DNA from: Candidatus Nanoarchaeia archaeon
GTDB lineage: Archaea > Nanobdellota > Nanobdellia > Pacearchaeales > GW2011-AR1
Assembly: GCA_028718805.1 (NCBI GenBank)
Contig: JAQUKY010000001.1
Coordinates: 16,384-80,383, forward strand
DNA: 64,000 nt
Direction: 5' to 3'
Both the position numbers and the translations under genes were made by a program. Shown in pieces: positions 16,443-25,995 of the stretch. A model generated the notes under the pieces. That model was not told the DNA's origin and did not search any database. It worked only from the letters and a program-made list of their open reading frames with translations. The stretch's first letter is position 1. Every line of letters begins with the position of its first letter.

Positions 16443-16958
16443 TTAATATGCGTCAAGTAATTTTAATTGGGATTTATATACCCAAATCATAAAACATTTG
16501 TCATTTTCAAGAATTTGCGCATAATATCCTGGATATTTTTCACCCTTTTTTGTTATATCAACAGAATTTCTGTTTACCTTTGTATGATAACCCTCTTCTT
16601 TGTAGAACAACCCAATAGTTTTGGCTATATCTTTAATTGATTTTAATGAGTAATCGGGTTTATTTATTTCTATAAGCCCTGTTTCTAAATTTTCTGTTTT
16701 TAATCTGTGCTGATGAGGTTTTGTCAGGCCTAATTCAGAACAAAGAGCTTCTTCTAATCTTGGTAATATCTGGTTGGGGAAATAATGTCTTTGAACTTCT
16801 TTTAATGAAGCGAATGTTTGCGGTTTGTTATTTTCATCATTTATCCTGACTACCTTTTTTCCTTTGCATGTGTGACAGGGCTTTGTTCCTAATAATCCAA
16901 CTTGCCCTAAAGAATTATCGCCTGTTCCATTGCATGCAAGACATGTTGTTTCATACAT
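16443..16958 (-). CDS. hypothetical protein with DnaJ-type CxxCxGxG zinc-finger N-terminus
   Basis: CLACNGTG ... CHTCKGKK at the N-terminus. The rest is unassigned. Confidence 0.5.
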   Translation of the reverse strand: MYETTCLACNGTGDNSLGQVGLLGTKPCHTCKGKKVVRINDENNKPQTFASLKEVQRHYFPNQILPRLEEALCSELGLTKPHQHRLKTENLETGLIEINKPDYSLKSIKDIAKTIGLFYKEEGYHTKVNRNSVDITKKGEKYPGYYAQILENDKCFMIWVYKSQLKLLDAY

Positions 16959-17051
16959 TTTATAATAATCTAAATATTTTTATATTGTTTATAAATTTTT
17001 ATATGATTAAAGTTTAAAAAATTATGTATGTTGCTCTGAAAGATTTGGTGT

Positions 17052-17414
17052 TTATTTATCAAATCGCATTAATCTTAACATATAAGCAGGAAGGCTTTTT
17101 TCCAGAATTGGTTTTATAGATTCTTTGAAAAATTTCTCTAATTTGGGATTATTGGAGTAATCTTTACTGCTTTTCACAGAAGCAGAATGCCGGTTAATAT
17201 TACCATAATCTAAAAATTCTGCATATAATCCAAGACGTCCATCAAAGTCAGGAATCTCTATTTTCAATCTTTTTCCAGAACCCCTTTGTGTATTTTTATT
17301 TAATTCATAGGTACCATAGGCAGTTAAAATTCCATTCTCAAGATTAAGGGGAATTTCAAACCTTTGGGTCAATTCAGTTTCTAGTTCAAGTTTTTCTTTA
17401 GTTTCGGTTATCAT
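17052..17414 (-). CDS. hypothetical protein (120 aa)
   Basis: ORF only. Confidence 0.45.
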   Translation of the reverse strand: MITETKEKLELETELTQRFEIPLNLENGILTAYGTYELNKNTQRGSGKRLKIEIPDFDGRLGLYAEFLDYGNINRHSASVKSSKDYSNNPKLEKFFKESIKPILEKSLPAYMLRLMRFDK

Positions 17415-17485
17415 TTCGAATCATAAATAGTGACAGTAGTTCTTTTTAAGATATTATATGTTCTAAAAGCTATTTTAAATCATAA

Positions 17486-17818
17486 CTAACTTAAACTCAA
17501 AATAGCTTCTGCTAAATCCCCATCAGCATCTTCTAAAGCTTTTTTTGCTTTAGGTTCTGAACAGCCTGTTTTTTCTATTATTGTTTTAATGTCTTCTTCA
17601 CTGTTATCTTCTTCTGTTGCTTCTTCCTCAGAAATATCCCCAGAAATCTGAAAACTGTCCTGCCCCTGCATATTAATTTTAACTACAGAAGGATTGTTTA
17701 TTATTATGTTTTTTTCAGGTGTTTCAATTATAACTCTTGTTGCATCAATTTCATTTTGGGATATTCCCATCTGCTTCATCATAGCCTGCATTTTTTTAGG
17801 GTCTAATTTTGGGAACAT
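17486..17818 (-). CDS. nac: nascent polypeptide-associated complex protein (archaeal NAC, NAC + UBA domains)
   Basis: MQAMMKQMGI...VIIETPEKNIIINNPSVVKINMQGQDSFQISG is the NAC beta-barrel. The C-terminal EPKAKKALEDADGDLAEAILSL is UBA-like. Confidence 0.8.
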   Translation of the reverse strand: MFPKLDPKKMQAMMKQMGISQNEIDATRVIIETPEKNIIINNPSVVKINMQGQDSFQISGDISEEEATEEDNSEEDIKTIIEKTGCSEPKAKKALEDADGDLAEAILSLS

Positions 17819-17860
17819 TTTTGGTTTATTATTTTATAAATAAATATTAATATTTAAATG

Positions 17861-18370
17861 TTAACTTAATTCAGATTCATAAAACTGATTTATATCCGGG
17901 TTTCTGTCCCAAATGCCAGTTGAATCAATGTCAAATATCGTTTTAGGAGGATGATGATAACATGCCTGCAAATCTTCAAGTTTTTCCCAGCTCATTCCTT
18001 CTTGCCTTAGCTCTATTAATGTTTTTCTACCATCCCCACATGCTAAAAAAGGCACCTCCCTGTAATCTTTGAAAATACCTCTCATATCTTTACCATCACT
18101 TAATCTGCATGTTATTTCCCATTCTCCTTGCTCATTAAATCCTACTATATCAAAAATATCTCTTTTAGAATCCATAAACAAATCAGAAATGTATTCTATT
18201 CTCTCATCTGGAAATCCCTCTCTTGAACTTCCGTCAAAACTTCCATTTGACTTTAAATTTTCAGCTAGGGGCAATACAGAAAATATGTTTTTTTCTAAAT
18301 TATTGTCTGGATTTGTTTTTAATATTTGTCTAGTTTTTCTATATAATTCAGATAATTCTGCAGTCAACAT
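17861..18370 (-). CDS. hypothetical protein (169 aa)
   Basis: ORF only. Confidence 0.45.
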   Translation of the reverse strand: MLTAELSELYRKTRQILKTNPDNNLEKNIFSVLPLAENLKSNGSFDGSSREGFPDERIEYISDLFMDSKRDIFDIVGFNEQGEWEITCRLSDGKDMRGIFKDYREVPFLACGDGRKTLIELRQEGMSWEKLEDLQACYHHPPKTIFDIDSTGIWDRNPDINQFYESELS

Positions 18371-18418
18371 TAATTTCTAAATATAATAGAGGTTTATAAT
18401 CATTATTGTAATAATCTT

Positions 18419-18586
18419 TTATGCTGCAATAGGAAAAAAGAATTTTAGAAATAAGGTAAAAGCTATGACTGCAATTATAAATATAATCACATGAGCGGGT
18501 TTAAGCTTAAGTCTGCTGTCATATTCTTCATTATATCTCATTAACCCCCCTCCAGATGAGGGCATGCTTATACCTTGATTTGCCAT
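18419..18586 (-). CDS. secG: preprotein translocase subunit Sec61beta (archaeal SecG), 55 aa
   Basis: Below the ORF-track size cutoff. My translation is MANQGISMPSSGGGLMRYNEEYDSRLKLKPAHVIIFIIAVIAFTLFLKFFFPIAA. It has the (S)xGL(M)RY motif followed by a single C-terminal TM helix. Confidence 0.7.
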   Translation of the reverse strand: MANQGISMPSSGGGLMRYNEEYDSRLKLKPAHVIIFIIAVIAFTLFLKFFFPIAA

Positions 18587-18682
18587 AAGATTTAAAACAG
18601 ATGATGATTTAAAAAGGTTATTGTTTTAAGAAAAGAGGTTTTGAAGAAAGATATTTAAAGACAAAAATATTATGTATCTATC

Positions 18683-19378
18683 ATGGGAGAAAGGAGAGAG
18701 ATTACAAGGGGGGATGTTCAAAATCACTTGAAGGGATTAAAAAGTGATGTATCAAGATTAAAATATTTAGACAGGCTTTTTTGGGAGAATAGAAAGCGAG
18801 AAAAGAAATCTGATTTGCTTACACGAGATGCGAGGACTTTTGTGCGTGAAGAGGAAGATAGATTGTACTCTAAGATTGGAAAATTAGGGGAGATGGGTGA
18901 AATTGGAGTTACAAAAGAATATCTAAAGACTGTTGGAAATGTTTACAAGGAAAAAGGACTATTTGCTGCAGCAGGTTATGAAATCAACTCTACGTTATAT
19001 TCTTTGGCTAATAGGATCCATCATTTCTTTTCAACGTTGGCAGTTGGAGCTGATGAGATGATGCATACCGGTGCCCCCGAGCCAATGAGAGTTTTTGAGC
19101 CTCAGGCATATTATGCAAGAGAGGAAGTTAGAGGCAGACCAAATTATATTAAATCAAGGAGAAAATCATTTATTTTAAGGGGGAAAAAAGATAATAATTT
19201 AGAAACTGCTGCTGTAGCTACCTCCATACTGGCTTTTGTTGGAGGCATATTTTTTTTATCTCCTAATTTAACTGGAAATGCAATAGGAAATATGACAAAT
19301 TCTACTACAAATATTATTGGGGTAGTTTTGTTTACTATAGGAATTGTTGGGGCTTTTTTCTATTTTAGAAGAAGATAA
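18683..19378 (+). CDS. hypothetical protein with C-terminal TM anchor
   Basis: Ends in ...NIIGVVLFTIGIVGAFFYFRRR (hydrophobic helix plus basic tail). Confidence 0.5.
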   Translation: MGERREITRGDVQNHLKGLKSDVSRLKYLDRLFWENRKREKKSDLLTRDARTFVREEEDRLYSKIGKLGEMGEIGVTKEYLKTVGNVYKEKGLFAAAGYEINSTLYSLANRIHHFFSTLAVGADEMMHTGAPEPMRVFEPQAYYAREEVRGRPNYIKSRRKSFILRGKKDNNLETAAVATSILAFVGGIFFLSPNLTGNAIGNMTNSTTNIIGVVLFTIGIVGAFFYFRRR

Positions 19379-19566
19379 TTTTAAAGATTATTTGCAATTC
19401 ATTGTTTATTTAGTAATATCACAAACGATTTAAGCTTTGCAGATGAGTTGATTTGCTTGATTGCTCATGCTTAACTCAGTTTTATTTTTTGTGGATACAA
19501 TAAAGCTATTTTTGAATATATTTTGCAAATCAAAATATTTAAAACATAACACTTCTTGAAGTTATC

Positions 19567-21891
19567 ATGGACAATTATGATTCAAAGAAGGTAGAGGAAA
19601 AAATAAGGCGTTTTTGGGATAAAGAGAAAATCTTTAAGTTTGATTTAAAGAAAAAAGGGAGAGTTTATTCTATTGATACTCCTCCGCCAACTGTTTCCGG
19701 AAAAATGCATATTGGCCATGCTTATATGTATTCTCAAATGGATTTTGTTGCCAGGTTTAGAAGGATGTTTGGATTAAATGTTTTTTATCCTTTTGGGACA
19801 GATGATAATGGTTTGCCAACAGAAAGGTTAATTGAGAAGCTGAAAAATGTTAAAAGCAAAAGCATGAAAAGAGAAGAATTCATAAAGCTTTGCCTTAAAA
19901 CTTTAAAAGAAATAACCCCCGGTTTTATTCAGGACTGGAGAATATTAGGTATTTCAGCAGATTATTCTCTTTGTTATTCTACTATTGATGATAATTCCAG
20001 GAGATTGTCACAAAAGTCTTTTATTGAGCTGTATAAAAAAGGATTGATTTATAAAAAGGGATTTCCAACTCTTTGGTGCCCTGAATGCCAGACATCTGTT
20101 GCACAGGCAGAATTAGAGGACAAAGAAATTCCAAGTTTATTTTCAACATTAAAATTTAATTGTAATGGGAAAGATCTATTGATTGCCACAACACGCCCAG
20201 AACTTTTAGGTGCATGTGTTGCTGTTTTTGTTAATCCTAAAGATAAAAGATATGCTGATTTAATTGGAAAAAAAGCAAAAGTTCCATTATTTGATTTTGA
20301 GGTTCCTGTTATTTCTGATGAATCTGCTGATATGGAAAAAGGAACAGGTGTTTTGATGATATGTTCTTATGGGGATAAGTATGATGCAGAGGCAATTAAT
20401 AGGCATAAATTAGAACCAAGAATTGTCTTGAACTTAGATGGAACACTAAAAATAAAACCCTATGAAGGATTGAAAATTAAAGAGGCAAGGAAGAAGATTT
20501 TAGAAGAGTTAAAGGAAAAAAATCTGATTACAGAACAAAAACAAATTTCTCATGCTGTTAATACCCATGATAAATGCGGGACTGAGATTGAATTTTTGCC
20601 AACTGAACAGTGGTTTATCAAAATCCTTGATAAAAAGAAAAAGTTTATTGAGCAGGGCAATAAGATAAAATGGCATCCTGAGTTTATGCATAAAAGATAT
20701 GACAACTGGGTTAATGGATTAGAATGGGACTGGAATATTTCAAGAGACAGGCATTTTGGGGTCCCTATTCCTGTCTGGCAGTGCGAGAAATGCAAAGGAA
20801 TTATTATTGCTGAAGAAAAAGACCTGCCTGTTGATCCTACTACAACAAAAAAGAAATGCCTTAAATGCAAACAAGAAGCAAAAGGAGAGGAAAAAGTTCT
20901 TGATACCTGGATGACTTCTTCAATTTCACCGCAAATTGCTTCAAGCTTGATTAAGGAGAAAGTTAAGATTCCATTTTCATTAAGGCCCCAAGCTCATGAC
21001 ATAATAAGGACTTGGTTGTTTTATACACTGACAAAATCTCTGCTCCATGAAAATAAAATTCCCTGGGAAAATGTGATGGTTTCCGGATTTGTTACATTAG
21101 GGGGGGAGAAAATGTCAAAGTCAAAGGGAAATGTTATTTCTCCCCAGGAAGTTATGGAAAAATATAGCGCAGATACATTGAGATTCTGGGCAGCTGGTTC
21201 AAAACTTGGTGAAGATTTAGATTATCAGGAAAAAGACATTGTTGCAGGAAAGAAATTTGAAACCAAGCTGTGGAATGCAAGCAGGTTTGTTTTTATGAAT
21301 CTAAAAGACTTTAATGGTAAGAAGCCTAAAAGCTTGATAAAAATTGATGAGTTATTTTTAAGAAAATTAAATTCTCTGGTTAAGTCTATTACAGGTGGGT
21401 TTGAAAATTATGAATATTCAAAAGCTAAAATTGAAACAGAGAAGTTCTTTTGGCAGATGTTTTGTGATAATTATCTGGAGATTGTTAAAAAGAGAATATA
21501 TAATAATAAAAAGGGAAAAGAAAGTGCTCAATATGCTTTATATACTGGACTTTTAACAATACTAAAACTAATTGCTCCTATAATGCCATTTATAACAGAA
21601 GAAATATATTTGGAAAATTTCAAGAAGACTGAAAAAGATAAAAGCATTCACATAAGTAAGTGGCCTGAATATGGAAAAGAAGGAAAAGCAGATGAATTTG
21701 ATTTATTTATTTCTATTTTAGGAAAAATCAGGCAGGAAAAAACAAATAACAAGAAGGCAATGAATGCAGAAATAATCTTGACTATTGAAGATAAAGATTA
21801 TAGACAAATAAAAGAAATGATTGAAGATTTAAAAGATGTTGCAAATGCAAGGGAGATAAAAACAGGGGGGTTCGGGGTGGAGTTTGTGTAA
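19567..21891 (+). CDS. valS: valyl-tRNA synthetase
   Basis: PPPTVSGKMHIGHAY (HIGH), KMSKSKGN (KMSKS) and an editing-domain-sized insertion. 774 aa. Confidence 0.9.
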   Translation: MDNYDSKKVEEKIRRFWDKEKIFKFDLKKKGRVYSIDTPPPTVSGKMHIGHAYMYSQMDFVARFRRMFGLNVFYPFGTDDNGLPTERLIEKLKNVKSKSMKREEFIKLCLKTLKEITPGFIQDWRILGISADYSLCYSTIDDNSRRLSQKSFIELYKKGLIYKKGFPTLWCPECQTSVAQAELEDKEIPSLFSTLKFNCNGKDLLIATTRPELLGACVAVFVNPKDKRYADLIGKKAKVPLFDFEVPVISDESADMEKGTGVLMICSYGDKYDAEAINRHKLEPRIVLNLDGTLKIKPYEGLKIKEARKKILEELKEKNLITEQKQISHAVNTHDKCGTEIEFLPTEQWFIKILDKKKKFIEQGNKIKWHPEFMHKRYDNWVNGLEWDWNISRDRHFGVPIPVWQCEKCKGIIIAEEKDLPVDPTTTKKKCLKCKQEAKGEEKVLDTWMTSSISPQIASSLIKEKVKIPFSLRPQAHDIIRTWLFYTLTKSLLHENKIPWENVMVSGFVTLGGEKMSKSKGNVISPQEVMEKYSADTLRFWAAGSKLGEDLDYQEKDIVAGKKFETKLWNASRFVFMNLKDFNGKKPKSLIKIDELFLRKLNSLVKSITGGFENYEYSKAKIETEKFFWQMFCDNYLEIVKKRIYNNKKGKESAQYALYTGLLTILKLIAPIMPFITEEIYLENFKKTEKDKSIHISKWPEYGKEGKADEFDLFISILGKIRQEKTNNKKAMNAEIILTIEDKDYRQIKEMIEDLKDVANAREIKTGGFGVEFV

Positions 21892-21892
21892 A

Positions 21893-22141
21893 TCATTTAT
21901 TTTTTCTTAAGTGATACTCTCCCTTATTGTTTTGATAAAGAACTATTATCTCATTATTTTTTCTATGCAAAATCAAGTCATCTAATTCATCTTTATTGAC
22001 ATCTTTTTTAATAGCAACAGGAACTCTTTCAAGGTCTATTTGTTTTTGGTATTGTCGATAATGAATAGGAGACAATATTAAAACCCCTAACAAAAAACCA
22101 GTTATTTTATCATCCTTTCGGTTTTTATTTTCCATTTTCAT
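21893..22141 (-). CDS. hypothetical small membrane protein (82 aa)
   Basis: One hydrophobic helix (ITGFLLGVLILSPI). 4-nt overlap with the upstream gene. Confidence 0.4.
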   Translation of the reverse strand: MKMENKNRKDDKITGFLLGVLILSPIHYRQYQKQIDLERVPVAIKKDVNKDELDDLILHRKNNEIIVLYQNNKGEYHLRKNK

Positions 22142-22452
22142 TCTATTCCACTAGATGCCTTCTTAATTTTATATTCTTCGATACTCCTTTTAGCTAAAGG
22201 AATGTGATTCTCTAAATAATTTTTTAAAGAGACATATTTTTCACTTGAGTACTTAACCAGAATAATATTTTTTCCTAATGGCCGATTTAAAACTATTATT
22301 GAGGGTCTATTTTCATTTTCTTTGTAAATACTTGCTTCATAATAAGGCTGTATAAAGAAAGTTGAGACCAATCCTCCTAAAAATCCAGTAACTCCCGCAA
22401 ATGCAATTTTTTCTAGAGTAGTAATCTTTGGTTTGATATTTTTGTTTTCCAT
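22138..22452 (-). CDS. hypothetical small membrane protein (104 aa)
   Basis: One hydrophobic helix (IAFAGVTGFLGGLVSTFFI). Operonic spacing with both neighbours. Confidence 0.4.
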   Translation of the reverse strand: MENKNIKPKITTLEKIAFAGVTGFLGGLVSTFFIQPYYEASIYKENENRPSIIVLNRPLGKNIILVKYSSEKYVSLKNYLENHIPLAKRSIEEYKIKKASSGIE

Positions 22453-22454
22453 TT

Positions 22455-23015
22455 TTATTTTTCTCTTGAGATTATGTTCTCCATACCTTTCAAACAGCTT
22501 TTCTCCAACTTGCTAAAATTTCCTTTTAATATGCTAATTTCATCATCAATCTTGTTTTGCTTCACTACATAGTCCTCTATAACTTCAATTATTCTGGGAT
22601 CACAAGCGAGAGTATGATAAGTATTAAATACATTTAACATACGATTAGCATCCTCGGCCTCACTGCAATAAACTCTAAAATGATTAGCCATCCCAGAAGT
22701 CTCAACTCCTGTTTTTTTAGAAACAAAATTTTTCAAAATTCCTATTCCTCCGGATATATTCCCCCATAACACAGGTTTACGAAAAGGTTTTTGGCTATAG
22801 TACGGATTATCTAATTTGACAGATAAATTAAATAAATCGGGATCTATCTCAAGATTATAAGAGATAATTAAATTACTATCTTCTTTATGCAGATAGGGTA
22901 CAGCTTTTTTTACTTCCCCCATCTTTGATAGCTTAAAATCTAATAAACTTTCGATATCTAAGTATAATTGAGACTCTGGGTCTTTTCCATCAAAATATTT
23001 TTCTATTTTTTTCAT
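22455..23015 (-). CDS. hypothetical protein (186 aa)
   Basis: ORF only. First gene of a three-gene minus-strand unit. Confidence 0.45.
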   Translation of the reverse strand: MKKIEKYFDGKDPESQLYLDIESLLDFKLSKMGEVKKAVPYLHKEDSNLIISYNLEIDPDLFNLSVKLDNPYYSQKPFRKPVLWGNISGGIGILKNFVSKKTGVETSGMANHFRVYCSEAEDANRMLNVFNTYHTLACDPRIIEVIEDYVVKQNKIDDEISILKGNFSKLEKSCLKGMENIISREK

Positions 23016-23250
23016 CTTAGTTGTTTTTCATTTGTTTGTTTTATACCTGCATTATGTATCTGCAGGTTGTTTTGTTTAACTTAATAGTAGTAATGAAATA
23101 CACATATTTAATACTTTTTTCACTATTTTATTACTTTTGAGTAAAATTTATAAACTATACACACATAATAAAGAATAATAGCAACCTATAAAGATAAACC
23201 CCGAAGCTAATACTAAAACAAGAAAATCCAAAACTAAAAATTTATAAAGG

Positions 23251-23274
23251 ATATTAACTATATATAGTTAATAT
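23251..23274. promoter_or_regulatory. perfect 24-nt palindrome, candidate operator upstream of the MNT-HEPN-Lrp operon
   Basis: ATATTAACTATA|TATAGTTAATAT ends 60 nt upstream of the 23334 ATG. Another ATTAAC half-site follows immediately. Confidence 0.4.
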
Positions 23275-23333
23275 TAACCAAAAATGAATAATCTAAATAA
23301 TTGTAAAATAAACAAGAATCTAACTATCTAAAA

Positions 23334-23909
23334 ATGAATAACCTATTAAAACTGATTTACACTTTAGGGAAAAATCTGAAAGAAGAAATAACTTTAAGAG
23401 AACTTTCTGTTCAGGCAAAAGTGGCTTACACAACTGCTTATAGAGAAGTTATGTTTAATAAAGATATTTTTATAATAAACAAAAAAGCAAATATTAATTT
23501 ATGTTCTCTTAATTTAAAAGATAGTATAACAAAAAACTACCTTATTATTGCAGAAAGAGAAATTGCAAAAGAATTTCTAAAAAATAACAAGATTTTTTCT
23601 TTAATAAAAAAAGAACTTGTTGAAGGGGATTATTCATTAGTATTATTTGGTTCAAGAGCAGAAGGAAAAGAAAGGGAAAAAAGTGATATTGATTTATGCA
23701 TAATAAACAAAGAGGGAAAGAAAGTCATTAAATTGGACAAATTTGAATCTTTATTTGATTTAGAGATTAATCCAATTTATTTAAGCAGGCAGGAATTTCA
23801 GGCAATGATAAAGGAATCTGAAGAAAATCTTGCAAAACAAATAATAAAAAAGCATATTGTCTTGTATGGAGAAGAATATTTTTGGAGGCTGATCTTAAAT
23901 GATATTTAA
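23334..23909 (+). CDS. minimal nucleotidyltransferase (MNT-type) with N-terminal winged-helix-like segment
   Basis: LVLFGSRAEGKEREKSDIDLCII (G-S-x9-D-x-D). Confidence 0.7.
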   Translation: MNNLLKLIYTLGKNLKEEITLRELSVQAKVAYTTAYREVMFNKDIFIINKKANINLCSLNLKDSITKNYLIIAEREIAKEFLKNNKIFSLIKKELVEGDYSLVLFGSRAEGKEREKSDIDLCIINKEGKKVIKLDKFESLFDLEINPIYLSRQEFQAMIKESEENLAKQIIKKHIVLYGEEYFWRLILNDI

Positions 23910-24423
23910 CACTAAGTTTTATAAAAGAGAGTTTGAAAGACTTCTTAAAACAAAAAAAAGGAAGAAGTTTTATATTAAAAATAGCACCTCTCTTTTCAAG
24001 ATTAAAAAGTTTATAAAAAAAGGAGTAGATAGTTTTGAGCTTGCAGGATTTATAAAAAAATCTTCTCAAAATGCAAAAGACTACTGGACAATTGTAATTT
24101 GTTATTATTCTATGCTTTATCTGGCAAAAGCATTAATTTTAACTAAAGATTATGAAACAGATGACCATTATTCTACTCAAATTGCTCTCGGGCATCTCTT
24201 TCTTGAAGATAAGCTAAATCAGCAGGATATTGAAGTATTAAATAAAGCATATCAAACATTTGAGCAGGAATACATAGATTATTTTCATGATGCAAGAAAA
24301 GAAAGTAAGATAAGCAGATATTCCACTACAACAATATATTCTCAAAGAAGAGTTGAAGAAATTTATCATAATTCAAAAAAATTCATAGCTAAATTATTGG
24401 TTTTATTAGAAAAATGGCAGTAG
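23899..24423 (+). CDS. HEPN domain protein (partner of the MNT)
   Basis: Overlaps the MNT gene by 11 nt. All-helical, with an R-x5-H candidate motif (RRVEEIYH) near the C-terminus. Confidence 0.55.
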   Translation: MIFNTKFYKREFERLLKTKKRKKFYIKNSTSLFKIKKFIKKGVDSFELAGFIKKSSQNAKDYWTIVICYYSMLYLAKALILTKDYETDDHYSTQIALGHLFLEDKLNQQDIEVLNKAYQTFEQEYIDYFHDARKESKISRYSTTTIYSQRRVEEIYHNSKKFIAKLLVLLEKWQ

Positions 24424-25385
24424 GAAAGATTAAATTAGACCTAAAAGATAAGAAACTTTTAACTTTACTTGATGAAAATTCAAGATACAGCAATAGCCAG
24501 ATTGCTAAAAAAGTTGGATTAAGCAAACCTGCTGTTGAGTACAGAATTAAAAGATTTGAAAAAAATAATGTAATCTTTAATTTTTATGCTGTTGTTGATT
24601 TCACAAAATTAGGATATTCCCAGTATAAGTTATACATTAAATTTCAGAATACAAATTTGGAAGATGAACAGAAAATAATAGATTATTGGATTAGGACAAA
24701 AAATGTTATGTGGGTTGCTGAAATTAGAGGAAGATGGGATTTAACAGTTTCTATGCTTGCTAAATCAAATTTTGAGTTTGGAAAGATTTTATACGGTTTT
24801 ATGAACAAATTTTCAAAATTTGTCCTTGAAAAAGATGTTCTTTTAACAGAATACTCTCCTATTTATTCAAGAGAGTATTTAACAGAGACAAAGCCAAAGG
24901 AATTTGTTTATGGAATTCCTGAAAAAATTTATGAACTTGATGAAGCAGACATAAAGATATTGCAGGAACTTTCAACAAATGCTAGGATTAATTTTGTTGA
25001 CTTGGCTGAAAAAACAAAATTAACAAGAGATATTATAAATTATAGGATAAAAAAATTAACAGAAAAGGGGATTGTTATTCAATATCGCTGTTATCTTAAT
25101 CTGCAAAATCTGGGGATTAATCATTATAAAGTAATTTTCAGGACAAAAAATCTTGATGAAACAGCTGAAAACAAGATTAAACAATATACGAAGAAGCATA
25201 AAAAAGCAACACAATTCTTAAAATTAATTGGAAGCTGGGATTTGGAGATAGAGTTTGAAACTGAAAATGAAGATGAATTGTACAGAATCTTAACTGAAAT
25301 AAGAAAAGAATTTTCAGATATAATAAGAGATTTTGATATTTTAAGAATAACAAAAAATTATAAATTTAGTTTTTTTCCGTTTTAA
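24414..25385 (+). CDS. tandem (two-unit) Lrp/AsnC-fold protein, paralog 2
   Basis: LDLKDKKLLTLLDENSRYSNSQIAKKVGLSKPAVEYRIKRFEKNNVI and LDEADIKILQELSTNARINFVDLAEKTKLTRDIINYRIKKLTEKGIV, each followed by a G-x-W-D-L type effector domain. Overlaps the HEPN gene by 10 nt. Confidence 0.8.
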   Translation: MAVGKIKLDLKDKKLLTLLDENSRYSNSQIAKKVGLSKPAVEYRIKRFEKNNVIFNFYAVVDFTKLGYSQYKLYIKFQNTNLEDEQKIIDYWIRTKNVMWVAEIRGRWDLTVSMLAKSNFEFGKILYGFMNKFSKFVLEKDVLLTEYSPIYSREYLTETKPKEFVYGIPEKIYELDEADIKILQELSTNARINFVDLAEKTKLTRDIINYRIKKLTEKGIVIQYRCYLNLQNLGINHYKVIFRTKNLDETAENKIKQYTKKHKKATQFLKLIGSWDLEIEFETENEDELYRILTEIRKEFSDIIRDFDILRITKNYKFSFFPF

Positions 25386-25394
25386 TAATAGGGT

Positions 25395-25835
25395 CTATTT
25401 AATCATCCCGTAATCCCGCATATCTTTAACAAAATCAGCCCTATTTTTTGCAAAAAATATGTTCTCATCTTTCGCATCTTTACTAATGTAACATCTCCAG
25501 AAAGGTGGATGAGAAGTCCTGTGATCTACTGAACCATCTGCGTATTCATCAATATAACCTTCACATTTTTCAGTTAGGACATTTTTCTCAAAATATGACT
25601 CACAAAGCATACTTCCTGCACTTACAAAATTTTCTGTGTGCCTATCATTAGCAAGATATCTTCTAAAGATTCTTTTAGTAAAAAGGCCCTTTGTTTTTAC
25701 TGATTGAAAGAAATGTGATTCTTTATCATAATAAATGTTATTATTAGACAAATAAAAATTCAGAAAACTTCCTGCTGCTATTACGCCAATTGCAACTGGC
25801 AAAACTGATATTTTTAATATTTTTTTAAGGTTCAT
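25395..25835 (-). CDS. hypothetical membrane-anchored protein (146 aa)
   Basis: N-terminal signal/anchor helix (ISVLPVAIGVIAAGSFL). Confidence 0.45.
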   Translation of the reverse strand: MNLKKILKISVLPVAIGVIAAGSFLNFYLSNNNIYYDKESHFFQSVKTKGLFTKRIFRRYLANDRHTENFVSAGSMLCESYFEKNVLTEKCEGYIDEYADGSVDHRTSHPPFWRCYISKDAKDENIFFAKNRADFVKDMRDYGMIK

Positions 25836-25995
25836 ATTATTATTTGATTATTCCTGCTTAGTTTATAAGAATTGTTATTTTTAAGAATAACTGATAGATA
25901 ATAGCAAGTTTGGGGTGGAGTTTGTATAAGATAAATTTATAAATACCTTCATATTCGTATTTTCACCTCAGGGAAAAAGAGTTCTGATATGAAAA

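Noticed and set aside
21874-25929. G-rich 18-mer GGGGTGGAGTTTGT(G/A)TAA at the valS stop (21874-21891), repeated at 25912-25929 in an intergenic region
   Set aside because: It is only a 17/18 match with no extended similarity on either side. It might be a tiny duplicated gene end, but I cannot distinguish that from chance without genome-wide k-mer statistics.
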